A DNA stretch of 64,000 nt from Octopus vulgaris (taxonomy: Eukaryota), in assembly GCA_951406725.2 (NCBI GenBank), contig OX597816.1, positions 41,602,001 through 41,666,000 of the forward strand, given 5' to 3'. The position numbers and the translations under genes are program-made. Positions 41,168-55,676 of this stretch are shown here, piece after piece. The notes under the pieces are model-generated. The model was not told the origin of the DNA, ran no database searches, and saw only the letters and a list, made by a program, of their open reading frames with translations. Position 1 is the first letter of the stretch, and each line of letters starts with the position of its first letter.

Positions 41168-42755
41168 TGCACACGGAGTCTAATGAAAGTGCCTCAAACA
41201 TTTGAGAAATCGATGAGGATATACAATAATATCGATGTAGTTGCATGACAGGATCGGATGATGTTAGGTTCGATGCATTGCCTAATATGTACATATATAT
41301 ACCAAAACACGTATACAAATATATGCATATACATTGCCTTCTTTACGCGCTTTTGAGAATGTACGTGAGGGCGCTGAAATGTTCCTGTCATCTGAGTTCT
41401 TTTACAGGGCTTAGAAAAACTCAAGAGGCTGCTTTAATAAGTGTGTGAATCTGAGAGCGGAATATGTTAAATAAAATCCTAATTGATCCTCTTGTATTTT
41501 ATTTTACCCAAAGCCAGGAACTTTTCAGTTTCCCCTCGTATGTATCAATTTTCTCTTTAGTATGTTTATGTTGCAGTCTTCTCTCTTAATTATCCCTTAT
41601 ATATGATGCAGTGCAACTAGGTTTAATGATTTGCACATTTGTGACTATTTCAGTACGCTTCTCGTAATATAACACTAACATGTCATCTGAAACAAAAATC
41701 TCACTTAGTGTTTTCTCATGTTGTAATTGCGGTTGAAATAAAATTTTATTTCACCCCTAGATTTAAAAGTCAATAGCATTAATATTTTTGGCATTGAATT
41801 GAATGAGTTCAAATAAAACATTGGCTAACAGATGAAAATAGTCAGGATGAACAAAATAGCGTGTGAAAGACAGCCAAACTGAAATACATGTAACGGCTTT
41901 AATTGTTTCCTAGCTTACAGTAAGACGTTTTAGATTCTAAGGAAGTAATCGCTATAGAGAAAATTATGACTGATAATGAGCGGGCCTGCTGATTGAAACT
42001 ACTTATTTAATACCTGTCGCATTAAATTACACACATGTATACGATGCATGTATAACTAATTGCGCATAAGATGAGCAGAAGGAAACCACGGCGTGTGTTA
42101 AGCTTGCAGTATGAAATAGATGCATTTCCATACAATTAGTTTTCATATAATCACATTGGCACTCGCTAGTATCGATGCACAAGAAATAATTAGCTAATTT
42201 CTTAATATTCTGGTACAGGAAATAATTAGCATCTATATGCTTAGGCTAAATGTCTTGAATTTCAAATTATACATTCTGAAGTAAATTGTTCGGTGCATCA
42301 TCTCGGTTTGTGCAGGCATGATGTTCATATCTAATATATTTCGAATATTAGATATGATATACACTCGTTTAATTTCTAAGTCATATATTACCAGGATCCA
42401 TTTAAAAGTTTTGCATTAACCGTAAAATATATCTCCAAATACCAAAAAAAAAAAAAATACATTGACCTATGTTTTCGACACCTTTCCCTGAATAACTCTA
42501 CACAAACGATTTCATAAATTGAACTATGTAGCATAAAATAAACGACACATCAATCACTGCAACCCACCACACAAAATATTCCACCAGATGAACGATGACT
42601 ACAGGTATTCACATAAATTCAGAAGGCCCTCCACTTCAAACTTGCATAAGCACTAACGCATTCCTGACAAAATCATGTGATCATTTGTCTTGAGATTTAA
42701 TTTTTTTCACTCAAAGCTATATGGAAATCAAACATACATTTATTTCTTATAACTA

Positions 42756-43139
42756 TATAGGAGCACTCCGTCGGTTGCGACGATGAGGGTCCCAGCTGAT
42801 ACGATCAACGGAACAGCTTGCTCGTGATATTAACGTGCAAGTGGCTGAGCACCCCACAGACACGTGTACCCTTAACGTAGTTCTCGAGGAGATTCAGCGT
42901 GACACAGTGTGTGACAAGGATGGCCCTTTGAAATACAGGTACAACAGAAACAGGAAGAAAGAGCGAGAGAAAGTTGTGGTGAAAGACTACAGCAGGGTTC
43001 ACCACCACCCCCTTCAGGAGGCTCGTGGAGCTTTAGGTGTTTTCGCTCAATAAACACTCACAATGCCCAGTCTGGGAATCGAAACCGCGATCCTCCGACC
43101 GCGAGTCCGCTGCCCTAACCACTGGGTCATTGCGCCTCC
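42756..43139 (-). mobile_element. tRNA-derived SINE family C, full length with 14-bp target-site duplication
   Basis: TSD atttcttataacta at 42742-42755 and 43140-43153; minus-strand head ggaggcgcaatgacccagtggttagggc..ggtttcgattccc is tRNA-like. Confidence 0.9.
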
Positions 43140-43509
43140 ATTTCTTATAACTACACATCCAATATACATCACCTTTGTATGTGAAAATATAATATATTTT
43201 CTAAAAATATAGCACATCAATTGTTATTGATCATCTAACTGTGAACTAACAACTTGCATCCATACATTCCCCACATGTTATATATACGTGATGAGCACTG
43301 CCATCCAAAATAACAATATAAAACGGAATCTAATCGTAGTACAAAGCCAGCAGAAATGCTTTGTATAAAATCTTTTCAGCGCAAGATATCCTACACATCA
43401 TTACTCTCTAGCTTACTCTGAAGCTAGAGAATAAAAAAGGTGTATTAAATTTAGCGTTGTGATGTACCAAGTCCAATATATAACTAAACCTCACATACAC
43501 ACACACGCA

Positions 43510-43540
<31 letters not shown>

Positions 43541-43639
43541 TATATATATATATACACACATATATATGCATATATATACACATATACACGTAAATATATA
43601 CATATATACATATATGCATCTACATGTATACATCTACAT

Positions 43640-43670
<31 letters not shown>

Positions 43671-43734
43671 CATACATATGTATACATATACACATATATA
43701 CATACACACATACACACGTATATATATATATAGC

Positions 43735-44420
43735 AAAAATACCACCTTAAACTAATAGAAAATGGAATCACAAGAGCATTAAAACTAGACATCGCACAAC
43801 TCAGGACACCCAAAACAAAAAAAAAACAAAGAAAACATTATCCCTTTTATAAACACACACAACCCTGGAGTTACCAACATCTTCCAAACCATACATTCAA
43901 ACCTACCAATAGCCTTACAAAGCGCCAAAATGAAAAACATATTAAACAAATATGGCATAAAAAACAGTAAACGACAGGACAAAAACCTAAAGAAACACCT
44001 AAAACGGAATTCTTTGCAAAAGAGTGCGGAGATGGCAGATGTGGGATCTGCAGTAACCCCACCTACAAATACATAGAGGGAAACAGAGAGGTGAGATTTA
44101 AAAGTGGTGACTTATTCAAAGTAAATGCAGATATGAACTGCAAGACGCAGAACGTTATATACTACATAACCTGCCCCACGTGCAAGGAGATTTACGTAGA
44201 TGAAACTGGTAATTCTTTGTGCCAGCGAACCAGGATTCACCGACAACATATTCGGCAGGAAGAACTACGCAAAATACCACTAAGTACACACCTGGCTACA
44301 TGTGGAGAAGGAAAATTTAAGATCTTTCCCTTCTACAAATGTCCGAAGTACGACACCTCTTTCAGGTGGAATATGGAAAAATATTTCATAGCTAAGTTCT
44401 CCCCCAAATTAAATGGCTGA
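43735..44420 (+). mobile_element. Second 5'-truncated Penelope-like element (Neptune type), GIY-YIG endonuclease fragment
   Basis: IPFINTHNP; KECGDGRCGIC linker; MNCKTQNVIYYITCPTCKEIYVDETGNSLCQRTRIHRQHI..LSTHL..FPFYK..RWNMEKYFIAKFSPKLN*. Starts at a (TA)n tract; homologous to 38008-38945. Confidence 0.92.
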
Positions 44421-44436
44421 GACTTTAGTCATCATA

Positions 44437-44958
44437 CATTGAAGGACAAATCTTTCGATTTACAATATAATATAGTAGAACATTTAATATGTGTGTGTGT
44501 ATATATATATATATAGGTGTGTGTATATATATATTACCTGTTATATACATTATATTGTTTTTGTAGTTTACTTGATCTTTACTTGCCAATTCTCATTCTA
44601 ATTTTAACCTTCCTATGATATGCAATTTTCAAGGTGGTGTAATTTGATTGTTCATTGTGAATTGCTAGAAGGTGGGTTTTTTTCTAATATTTCATGTGTA
44701 AGCATGTATATATATATAGTGACATTGAGGGACACATCTTTCGATTTACAATCTAATATAGTAGAACATTTAGTATATGTCTGTATATGTATATATATAT
44801 ATGTGTGTGTGTGTATGTATATATATTGCCTGTTATTTACATTATATTATTTTTATAATTTACTTCCATCTTTACTTTTTAATTGTCACTTTAATTTTAA
44901 CTTTCCTATGATATACAATTTCCAAGATGGTGTAATTTACTTGTTCATATTTCATGTA
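44437..44958 (+). repeat. Two diverged ~285-bp tandem copies downstream of the Penelope ORF
   Basis: acattga.ggaca.atctttcgatttacaat.taatatagtagaacattta at 44437 and 44722; ttcctatgatat.caattt.caag.tggtgtaattt in both copies. Confidence 0.8.
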
Positions 44959-45959
44959 TAAGTCTGTGTATATATATGTAGTGGTATAAATATCAACACA
45001 ATTTTTTCTCCCCTTCCTCCCTTATTTTTCTTTTCCCTTTTCTCTTTTTGTCTCTCTCCCCTTCTCCAAATACACAGACACACGCACACACTCACACACA
45101 CACCCACAAACACACACGGACACACAGACACACACACACACCTCCACAAAACGATCATAAAAAGTGGAAATAAATATTAAGCCCCAAACGGCATTTGACC
45201 ATCCTCACAATGATAAAAGGAGGTGTAATTTATGGCCTGCGTCCCCGCCACCGCACACTCAGTGACACTGAAGTGGTCAAAGCTGAAATTCTTAGAACCT
45301 TGGAGTCGGTGTTCTGTCCAGCAGACCAAAGGAAATTATTTCCTTCTTCTTCCCTCTCCCTTCCCCTCTCTCTTTAGCACTCGCCTCAGATACAAACGCA
45401 CACACACACAAATACACACATACACATACACACATGTTCTCTCTCTCACTTTCTCCTCATCCACCTCACCCTCTTGTGCTGTCTTGTTCCTCCCCACCAC
45501 TACGAAACTCTATAAAATGATTAAAATTCCCCACAAAGGAATTATTTTGATTTGAAAACCCCACTAGAATGGGAAAAAGCGCTAATGATCTAAGTGATAT
45601 TATATATATGTAAAAAATGCAACATATAAATAAATATCTGTAAATATAAACCATCCGATCTTCTGATTACCTCATTTTTCTAATATACATATATACGTAT
45701 ATTTATATACATATACACATATATTTATATACATATATACCCATACATATATACATTCATATATAGATGTATATATTCATATACATATATACATATACAT
45801 ACATATACGTACATACATGTATATACATACATATACCTATATGTATATATATACATACATATACATACATATACATATTTATACATATATATACATACAT
45901 ATACATACTTATACATATATATATATACATATATATTATATACTACATGTGTGGAAAAT

Positions 45960-47020
45960 TCTGTTTGTGTTTGTGTTTGAGGAGTTGCTAGCTATCATCT
46001 GCATCGTTTTCTCGATTTTGATGAAACTTGACACGTGAGAAGAACTTATGTCTGGAAACGTCATGGCATACACAATAGTGCCCCTGGAAGTGATCCTCAT
46101 ATATATCTAATATATTTCATTTTAACAGTCAATGGAAATAACCCATTCGCCCAGATTTTAACGTCCAAGGGAAATAACTCATTCAATATTCTTAATTCAT
46201 TCAGTATAAATTAATTTCTGTTTGCTTATTTCTTGCACTGTTAGCACTATTTTCGCAATTTATCCAGTACAACATTTAACTTGTAAATAGTATTTTCCTA
46301 AACAATAGATGCACTTATTTCGGTTACTCACTTATTCACGAATATACTAACACTAACGCCGATGAGGTTAATATTCTCTGGGAACGCACAAAAGCCCTTT
46401 TCAGAGTTATTTACTTTGAATTGTTATTATCTCATATCTGATTAGTCGGCTATTACGTAATAAACTTCACAATTTTAGTATACATACCATATTAGTATTT
46501 CCTCCTAGGTTATATATACTCTGAGAGCGCTTTAAATCCTTTCGGGGCGTCTTTATTTGAATTCTTACTATCGGGTAACTAATTTCATGTTATTACATAA
46601 CTGACTTCACAATTTGTGCATTGATATCTTTTTGGGAATTCCTAAAAACAAAATCATGTGTAAGACAGTTCGTTATTCTCTGTAAATGCACAAAAACCGA
46701 TTTAAGGGCTGCATACGTTGTATTGTTGTTATTGGAGTAGCAAAGCAATTATGAGAACGTAACAAAGGGATAAGCCCTACTTTCCCATGAATTACCTGTA
46801 AATCTGTTTTGTATCTTTTCATTTGTCTTGCTCGTTTTACAGTCCGGTATTGGCTGAAATCGCTTGAAAACATTCTTCGTGGTAAGACGATTTGGCGTCT
46901 TCTAGCATATTTGGAATCCACCTTGGTGGTTATTCCTCTTATATATATGTGTAATATAATTTCTTATTCTTCGGATTATTTAAAGTATGCTATGCCACTT
47001 GTTTAAATTGATATTAATTA
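45960..47020. mobile_element. Possible non-autonomous Helentron/DINE-like element
   Basis: tcgattttgatgaaacttgacacg core-like motif following a microsatellite, plus internal diverged repeats (cttcacaattt). Termini not established. Confidence 0.3.
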
Positions 47021-47368
47021 ATTTAACTTTTATATATATATATATATATATATATAAGGTTTAGTGTCTTTTGACAATAAAGATAATCTGTAAACCTAAT
47101 TTGATTATTATCAAACACACACACAGGCACGTGTGTGTTTGTTTATGTTTACGCCCCTAATTTACCCTCTCTATATATACAAATCCTTCTCTTTATGATT
47201 ATATCTTTGACAACTATGTATGACCGTGTCTTTCTATTTACAATCTGTCTTTCCCTCTGTCTTTATGCATCCTTCAATTCCTCTTTGATGTCGATCTAGC
47301 AGTCTATCCATGTATTAGTCGCTCTGTATTTATGTGTATGTTTCTATCTGCCTATCCATTTACTCACG

Positions 47369-47433
<65 letters not shown>

Positions 47434-47450
47434 CTCTCTCTCTCTCTCTC

Positions 47451-47501
<51 letters not shown>

Positions 47502-49449
47502 ATCTATCTAGCTTTCGTGTCCAGAATGTAAAATATGCCAGCAATATTATATTAAAAGTGAATTAATCATATAAAGTTTATCGCCATAAACCATGCAGCT
47601 TGCGTCTGTTGATGTACATGCAAATGGAACTCAGAAATATTAATGTGAATCAACAATAATTTCAGTAAAAGTTTGCAAATATCAAATTAACGACATAGAA
47701 TATGCATTATTAATCCGAGGAATAAACGATATTTTAGAAATAATTACTACATTCTCTTCAGTCGCTTTTATTTCATATTCCATTTATTGTTTCTTGATTT
47801 TCTTAATTTATTATTTTGTTATTTTTTCTTATTTTTTGTTATTTCGTATTTAATGAATTGTAGAATCAATATTTAGAAAGATACTATTATGATGATTGCA
47901 AGTATTATGGAATAATTTTTGAATATTACATTTCCTCTCATAACCTCAAGAGATCAATTAGCTAATGGAATTCAATTTCTGAGAGGGCATCTTAGAATAA
48001 ACACGAGAAGGTTTCATCCCATTTTATACTTATATCGTATTGCTCTGATTTCTGTTGTCTTGCTTTATAGATTGAGAATGGAAAGGAAACGGATGCATAT
48101 CATTATACGAATGAAACTTAACGGCTACTATGTAAACACTTAAAACTATTTAAAAAGGAATGTATCTCGATTGCCTGGATCTGTTAATAATATATCACAA
48201 TATGATAATGGAAACCCCTTTTATAATGTAAAAGCTCTAAGCATCATATAATTTAAATGCGTACATTGTATAGAGTAATTCATCTATAAGATTATTAAAG
48301 GTCGTTAAATATGTTGCATCGTATAACTACAAAGAATTTACCATATATATAAATCGTGATATTTTTGACACAAGGAAAGCGCTTCCACAGTATTGCTCTA
48401 AAAGGTAGTTAGAGTAGTCCTCATTTAGTACTGCAACCCATTCTTAGAAACAGTAATCATAGTAAATAATGCGGGTATGGAAGAACTATACAGTAAGATA
48501 TATCGAATAGATGAACAGAACGGGAAACGTTTTTATTATAGGCCTCATCCTCAGCTAATGAACAATAGTTACATCCTGATATTCAAACTGTAGGTGAAAT
48601 TGAAAATTTGAAGCTAACACAATATATCAGAGTCTATGAATAAGATATATTTATGTGCTTCAGTATTTGCTATGTATGATATACAAACAAACACAACTTC
48701 TAACAAAAAAAAAATCACAACGGTTTATAAATATTAAAAAATGGTGATTTTATTGTGTAACGTATGCGCCAACAAGACAAACTTGCAATACATTACGCCT
48801 CTAAGTTTGGAAGTTAAATTTTTTCAATAAATTTAGTACCAATCTATCAATCAAGAGAACTATATTAAATTACCAATAGTTTTAAGCGATGTATATAGCA
48901 AAAGAACATTAAACTATATTTTAAGCTATCTTTCAAAACGATGAGATTTTGAGACATTAGACTGTCTTAATCGCTACCGTCTACCTCTCAATTTTCAAAG
49001 AATATTGATTTTGAAATAACACGAAATGGAGCATATTGTTAGCTCTCTAGTGTAGTTAGTATACGGTACCATCCAAAACGCATGTATATTTTTTGAACTT
49101 GTACCTGCAATGTGAAGTAGCAGGTTTAGTTACACGTTTGTCATCATATACAATAATTACATTTCTTGCGCATATAAAAGGGCCATACATCGCATAAACA
49201 GATTTCGTTGTTTTCCTTACGAATTTACGAGTTTTTTTCTTTACATCTATATAAAGGTTTCTAAATATACATACGCATTCACAAATGCACATACACACAT
49301 GAATTGAGTACATATGCACGGAGATATTTGTATGAGTGTGTAATTTTTTTATAAAGAGTTACATGATATTACACGCATGCACACACACAGACACATATAT
49401 GTGTACATATATATATATATACATATATAGACATATATATTTACATACA

Positions 49450-49485
<36 letters not shown>

Positions 49486-49610
49486 TAGATCCATACTTAT
49501 GTAACTATATATATATGTATATACATATATACATATATACATGCATATGTATATACACATATATACATATATATATACAAATATATATATACATACGTAT
49601 ATATACATGC

Positions 49611-49647
<37 letters not shown>

Positions 49648-49827
49648 GTAAAGAAAAATAAGTTGGCTAGCAGCAAGCTGTTTCGCCTCATACCAAAGGA
49701 ATTAGAAATGGCAGTCAAAGACCGTTTTTTCCATTTCTATAAGTGGAGATTCCAAAAACGAAGGCCCTTGCGGCTCACATACACAAAACCGGAGTGGCAA
49801 ATATACGAATTCAGTCACTTACCGTTA

Positions 49828-49899
49828 ATAGCGAACACGGTGTTTCTGGATCACAAACTTATAAAAAAAGGGGAGTTTGAATTCCGTCATCAGCGCTAT
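49828..49899 (-). ncRNA. Type I hammerhead ribozyme motif, long stem II
   Basis: ATAGCG-CTGATGA-CGGAATTCAAACT..AGTTTGTGATCCA-GAAA-CACCGTG-TT-CGCTAT: 6-bp stem I, intact core, GUU site. Confidence 0.8.
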
Positions 49900-50389
49900 A
49901 TTCGATAGCTTTATCAAATGCCACCAGCCCTCACTTCTGACCCAGCGACATCAGATAGTGGGGGGAAGTGCGCAGATGTTAAAACCAAGTAACGACTGGG
50001 AACGTAAATTTTCCCTCCAAAATTCTGCCATGCGCGCCTTCTGGGTAATCGTAATGGAATGAGGAATCCACATGGTAATACAATAAAAAATGGTAAATAA
50101 TTTTCCTGTGGTTTTTCATGTAACCAACAATTATTTACCGGTAAATTTCGGTATGTAATATACGACAAAATAATTGTCAAGACCATATTTGTATAGGTAT
50201 CAGTATATAGTAAAGAAAAATAAGTTGGCTAGCAGCAAGCTGTTTCGCCTCATACCAAAGGAATTAGAAATGGCAGTCAAAGACCGTTTTTTCCATTTCT
50301 ATAAGTGGAGATTCCAAAAACGAAGGCCCTTGCGGCTCACATACACAAAACCGGAGTGGCAAATATACGAATTCAGTCACTTACCGTTA

Positions 50390-50461
50390 ATAGCGAACAC
50401 GGTGTTTCTGGATCACAAACATATAAAAAAAGGGGAGTTTGAATTCCGTCATCAGCGCTAT
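50390..50461 (-). ncRNA. Type I hammerhead ribozyme motif, second copy
   Basis: Same as 49828-49899 shifted by 562 bp; one substitution in distal stem II. Confidence 0.8.
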
Positions 50462-50836
50462 ATTCGATAGCTTTATCAAATGCCACCAGCCCTCACTTCT
50501 GACCCAGCGACATCAGATAGTGGGGGGAAATGCGCAGATGTTAAAACCAAGTAACGACTGGGAACGTAAATTTTCCCTCCAAAATTCTGCCATGCGCGCC
50601 TTCTGGGTAATCGTAATGGAATGAGGAATCCACATGGTAATACAATAAAAATGGTAAATAATTTTCCTGTGGTTTTTCATGTAACCAACAATTATTTACC
50701 GGTAAATTTCGGTATGTAAATACGACAAAATAATTGTCAAGACCTTTGTAAGGTTCAGTATATAGTAAAGAAAAATAAGTTGGCTAGCAGCAAGCTGTTT
50801 CGCCTCATACCGAAGGAATTAGAAATGGCAGTCAAA

Positions 50837-51171
50837 TATATATACATATATACATATATATATGTATACAAATATATATAAATACAGATATATATAGATA
50901 TATATATATACATACATATATATATATTCATATATACATACATGCATAAATACACACGTATATAAATATATACGTATATACATACATATATATTTATATA
51001 CATATATAAATATATGCATATATATACATATATACACATATATACATACAAACATATAAATGTAAATATATATATTCATATATATATACACATATATATA
51101 TACTTGTACATATACACATATTCAAATACATACATATGTATATACACACATAGATACATATATTCACATAA

Positions 51172-51207
<36 letters not shown>

Positions 51208-51393
51208 CTATATACACATATTTATACTTACATATATATACATACATTTATATATACACATATATATATACATACATATATATAAACATACATATATATA
51301 TACATATATATACACACATATATACATAGATATATATATACATATATATACATACATATATACATGGATATATATATACATATATATACATAC

Positions 51394-51428
<35 letters not shown>

Positions 51429-51577
51429 CATAGATATATATATATACATATATATACATACATATATATATATATATATATACATACATATATATACATA
51501 TATATATATACACACATACATATATATATATATACATATATACATACATATATATATACATGTGTGTATACATATAT

Positions 51578-51658
<81 letters not shown>

Positions 51659-51680
51659 GCCTGTATATATATATATGTAC
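50837..51680. repeat. Long compound (TA)/(TACA)/(TG) microsatellite, representative of dozens in the window
   Basis: Directly visible; source of the IYIY-type ORF artefacts. Confidence 0.95.
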
Positions 51681-52252
51681 ATATATAACCCGAAATATGT
51701 GTATCTGGCTGATGGAAAGTTAAAAAGAGAAAAATAGCGTATATGTGTGGGGATGTGATATTCGTCTATTATTACAACTATATGAACCTTTAGTTTTCTG
51801 TTACTGTATTACATGATATATTCATTATATTTGCATATTAGATATTCAATAATACTTCAATGGCTTTGGAATCAATACAAATTGAAATCTAGTTTATGAA
51901 GTATATGTTTACATGAAAAATCAATTAAGATGTAACTATCACAATTGATGTAGTAAACATACATTAATAATGTATATATATATATATATATATATATATG
52001 TAAGTGTGTGTGTGTCTGTGTGTGTGCGCGTGTGTGTTTATGTATATACATACGCTTACATATATACTATATGTAAATATATATATATACATATCTATAC
52101 ACATCCACAAGCTCTAACTTACACACATATATGTACGCATACATATATATGTATACACACATATATATATATATACATATGTGTGTGTGTGTGAGTGGTC
52201 TTGTCTATACGTATATCTATATGTACAAATATGCTTATAGACATACACACAC

Positions 52253-52301
<49 letters not shown>

Positions 52302-53042
52302 CATACATATATGCGTATTCATACACCTCTGTGTGTGTGTACTTGTGTGCGGTGTATGGTGATGAATAACCTGTGTATACACGTTGAGAGTTACAAGTGT
52401 AAATATCTGACTGAGAGCGTGCAAATGTGCATGGAGTTTTCATGGTAATTTGCGAAAGAAAACAATCTTCGAACGAAAGTCGGATGTTGCAAACAGGAAT
52501 ACGGAAATATCAACGATATTTCAATAGAAGAATATCAATAAGTAGAATAACATACATCCAACTTAACAATAGAATCTTTGTTCTGGAATTGAGTCACGAT
52601 GAAAAAAACTTGTAACCAACAGTAGAATCAAACAAACATTAACTTGAATTTCCTTTTAAGTAAGCTTCCCTGAAATAATAATCAAATTCTACCGAATCAT
52701 TTTCTAAGGAATATTCGGTGCCTATAATTAATGTAAAATTTGAAAAAAGTAGTTTTCATAACCCTGCACACACGTACTACATTAAACATACACAGACGCA
52801 CCTTCTACGCACAGACGAATACGTCATGCACTTACCTACATAGGCACCTATGTACGTACTTACATACATACGTACACACATGCGTACATAATTGGAGCTC
52901 TTATTCTTGTTTTGAATTGAAATCCCATTGCAAAAAACGAAACAAAACACTGATTGTAGTAAAATGGTAATTAAATAGTTTCAAATCCACCACATGCTCA
53001 GTCAATTCTTTCACATTAATAAAAATAAAACCGACGGAGAAC

Positions 53043-53174
53043 TACATTATTTACTTTCGACGGATACTTTGTCTTCATCTTGTTTGTTGTTAACACAACG
53101 TTTCGGCTGATATAACCTCCTGCGATCTTCAGGTGTCTTGGGGAAAATTTGAACCTGGGTTCTCATTCCTAAGG

Positions 53175-53228
<54 letters not shown>

Positions 53229-53425
53229 CATTATTATTAAGAACATCGAAAAATATCTTAAGAATGAGAACCAAGGTTCGAAATTTCCCCAAGACACCTG
53301 AAGAACGGTGGAATGTATATTAGCCGAAACGTTTTGTTAACAACAAACAAGATGAAGACAAATATCCATCGAATGTAAATAATGTACATAATGTACATAA
53401 TCCCTCATATCTGAAATATGGAACA
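53043..53425. mobile_element. Fold-back element around (TAT)n with a minimal hammerhead in each arm
   Basis: Arms ~53043-53176 and ~53256-53386 are reverse complements. HHRs 53093-53136(-) ACAC-CTGAAGA..CAGCC-GAAA-CG-TT-GTGT and 53294-53337(+). Confidence 0.85.
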
Positions 53426-54306
53426 GATAAATAACTCGTAAGTAAAATTTATTATTTAGCTTTAATACCGTACAATTAGTCTAATTCGTCTTTGAGTGAA
53501 TTCGTTACTTCACCAATTTTCTCCTAGGAAAGAGAAATTAGGCGAATTCTAATGCATTTAAAACAATTTATTTTATTCTATTTAATTTTTTAAATACTGC
53601 ATTTTTCCCAAAACTACAGGCATAAAGAATGGTCTTACATACAAATGTAATTTTTTTTTGCTTAAATAATATTTTCCATATATGAAATGAGTTTCTTAAT
53701 ATAAGCCCACAGGCTAAAATCGGATGGGCTTATTTTTGGAAAAGCCCAGGAAATATGTTATAATTTTCATTTTAATAAAATATATTGAGGCAAGCTTGTC
53801 TTTATTTTGCAACGGAAAGATAAGTATGTCAAATTAAAACCAGAGTGGAGAAACTGCGTGTATGTAATGGGAGGAAAACAAAACAGGATTGTAAATACAG
53901 AGACGATATCCTAGACATAGCAATCAGTGACTAACCAATTACTGCATCCAACTGTAGGAAATGTAAAGGAATATAATATTCGCTACAATAATCTCAGACA
54001 ATGCTTTTAATCTTTTAAATACACGTTAGACTCGTGAGTGAAATGCATTATGTAATAAGTAATGTCCAGACGTGGGTATCATAAAGTAGAAGCGCCAGAC
54101 AGCACACATGTACATCCACAAACACGTACACATGCAAACATTTATGCGTACACTAACAAATAAATACATACATACGTACATACATACATACATACATACG
54201 TACATAGAGTTAATCAAAACAAGAAAACACAAAAAAACACAACAACGCGAGGACGTGGAACAAATATAGTATTATTGGACGCTCGGGAAAGAAGGAAAGA
54301 AGGAGG

Positions 54307-54341
54307 GCTTAACGTTTCGAGCGGAGCTCTTCGTCAGAAAC
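54307..54341 (-). ncRNA. Minimal type I hammerhead ribozyme motif
   Basis: GTTT-CTGACGA-A-GAGC tcc GCTC-GAAA-CG-TT-AAGC; in a ~210-bp insert (54200-54410) between (CATA)n tracts. Confidence 0.8.
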
Positions 54342-54423
54342 ATAGGAGAAAGAAAGATCCAGAGAAGGGAAGACAGAGGAAAAAAATTCGCGGTCACATT
54401 TTGAAAAACCGACATACATATAT

Positions 54424-54845
<422 letters not shown>

Positions 54846-55600
54846 CGACAAGTATAATTATAGAACAATTGCAAATTGAAAGTTTCAACTATTATCATAA
54901 GACAATGGATAAAATGATTAGCGCAGATATTATAAAGTCCTAATATAAACAGGTTCAAAGCCAAGATGAAATGAATAGAAATAGATGTAGCAAAACCAGT
55001 ATAATACACTGCTTAAAGCATTGAGAAATCTGGAAAACATAATGGAAAGTATGATGAATAAGGCACAAGCCTGGTAGCAATCAAAACAATATGTGGAATC
55101 TCTGAATCAACTATGTCGACTTATTTGAATGCAGAATCCATTATAGCTCACCAGCATATTTCATATATTTTATTTTTATACAGTCCGGAATTAAACAGGA
55201 TATATAATAAAGCAGTAATGTATATCTATTGGAAAATCTAGATAGAAATAGATTCTACAAGCCATTAGCAATATGTCAAATTAACTCAACAGACATCGAA
55301 CTAATCAGAATCATTACAACCTATAAGTATACAGAGGTGAAAACTTAACACTGGCTGTATTGTTACGAACAAAACGTAGTCTCAGCATTTCAATTGACTT
55401 ACGTCTAATTCTTGTAATTCATATAAATATATATTTCTTCTTGAAAAGTAGAAATGTATCGTTTTATATGGAGATATGTAAATTGAAAATACCAGTGTTT
55501 CGCACATGGAAAATGATACATTCTTGTTAATGTTACAAACCCGAAGTGGCAAATTATCCATCTATCTCTCTATTGGTATTTGCCCTCCGTTTATCATTCT

Positions 55601-55675
<75 letters not shown>

Positions 55676-55676
<1 letters not shown>

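Larger units (their letters stand above)
49648..50836 (-). mobile_element. Retrozyme-like tandem array: 2.1 copies of a 562-bp unit inside (TA)n
   Basis: Unit starts gtaaagaaaaataagttggctagc at 49648, 50210 and 50765; copies nearly identical; one HHR per full unit on the minus strand. Confidence 0.85.

Noticed and set aside
43065-43139. tRNA-like sequence
   Set aside because: It is the head of a TSD-flanked SINE with no intact cloverleaf, so it is not called as a tRNA gene.
45240-45320. CTGAAGT..GAAA hammerhead-like spacing; similar partial hits near 4730, 18715 and 41180
   Set aside because: Stem I does not close or core/cleavage nucleotides are wrong; expected by chance.
49663-50624. Duplicated 81-98 aa ORFs ([22 protein letters not shown]...)
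   Set aside because: They repeat only because the 562-bp unit repeats, lie antisense to the hammerhead and show no recognisable domain.
55080-55240. RIYNKAVMYIYWKI, reminiscent of the R4/Dong RH..VA..IHW motif
   Set aside because: Key His and Cys residues are absent and the match is too short.
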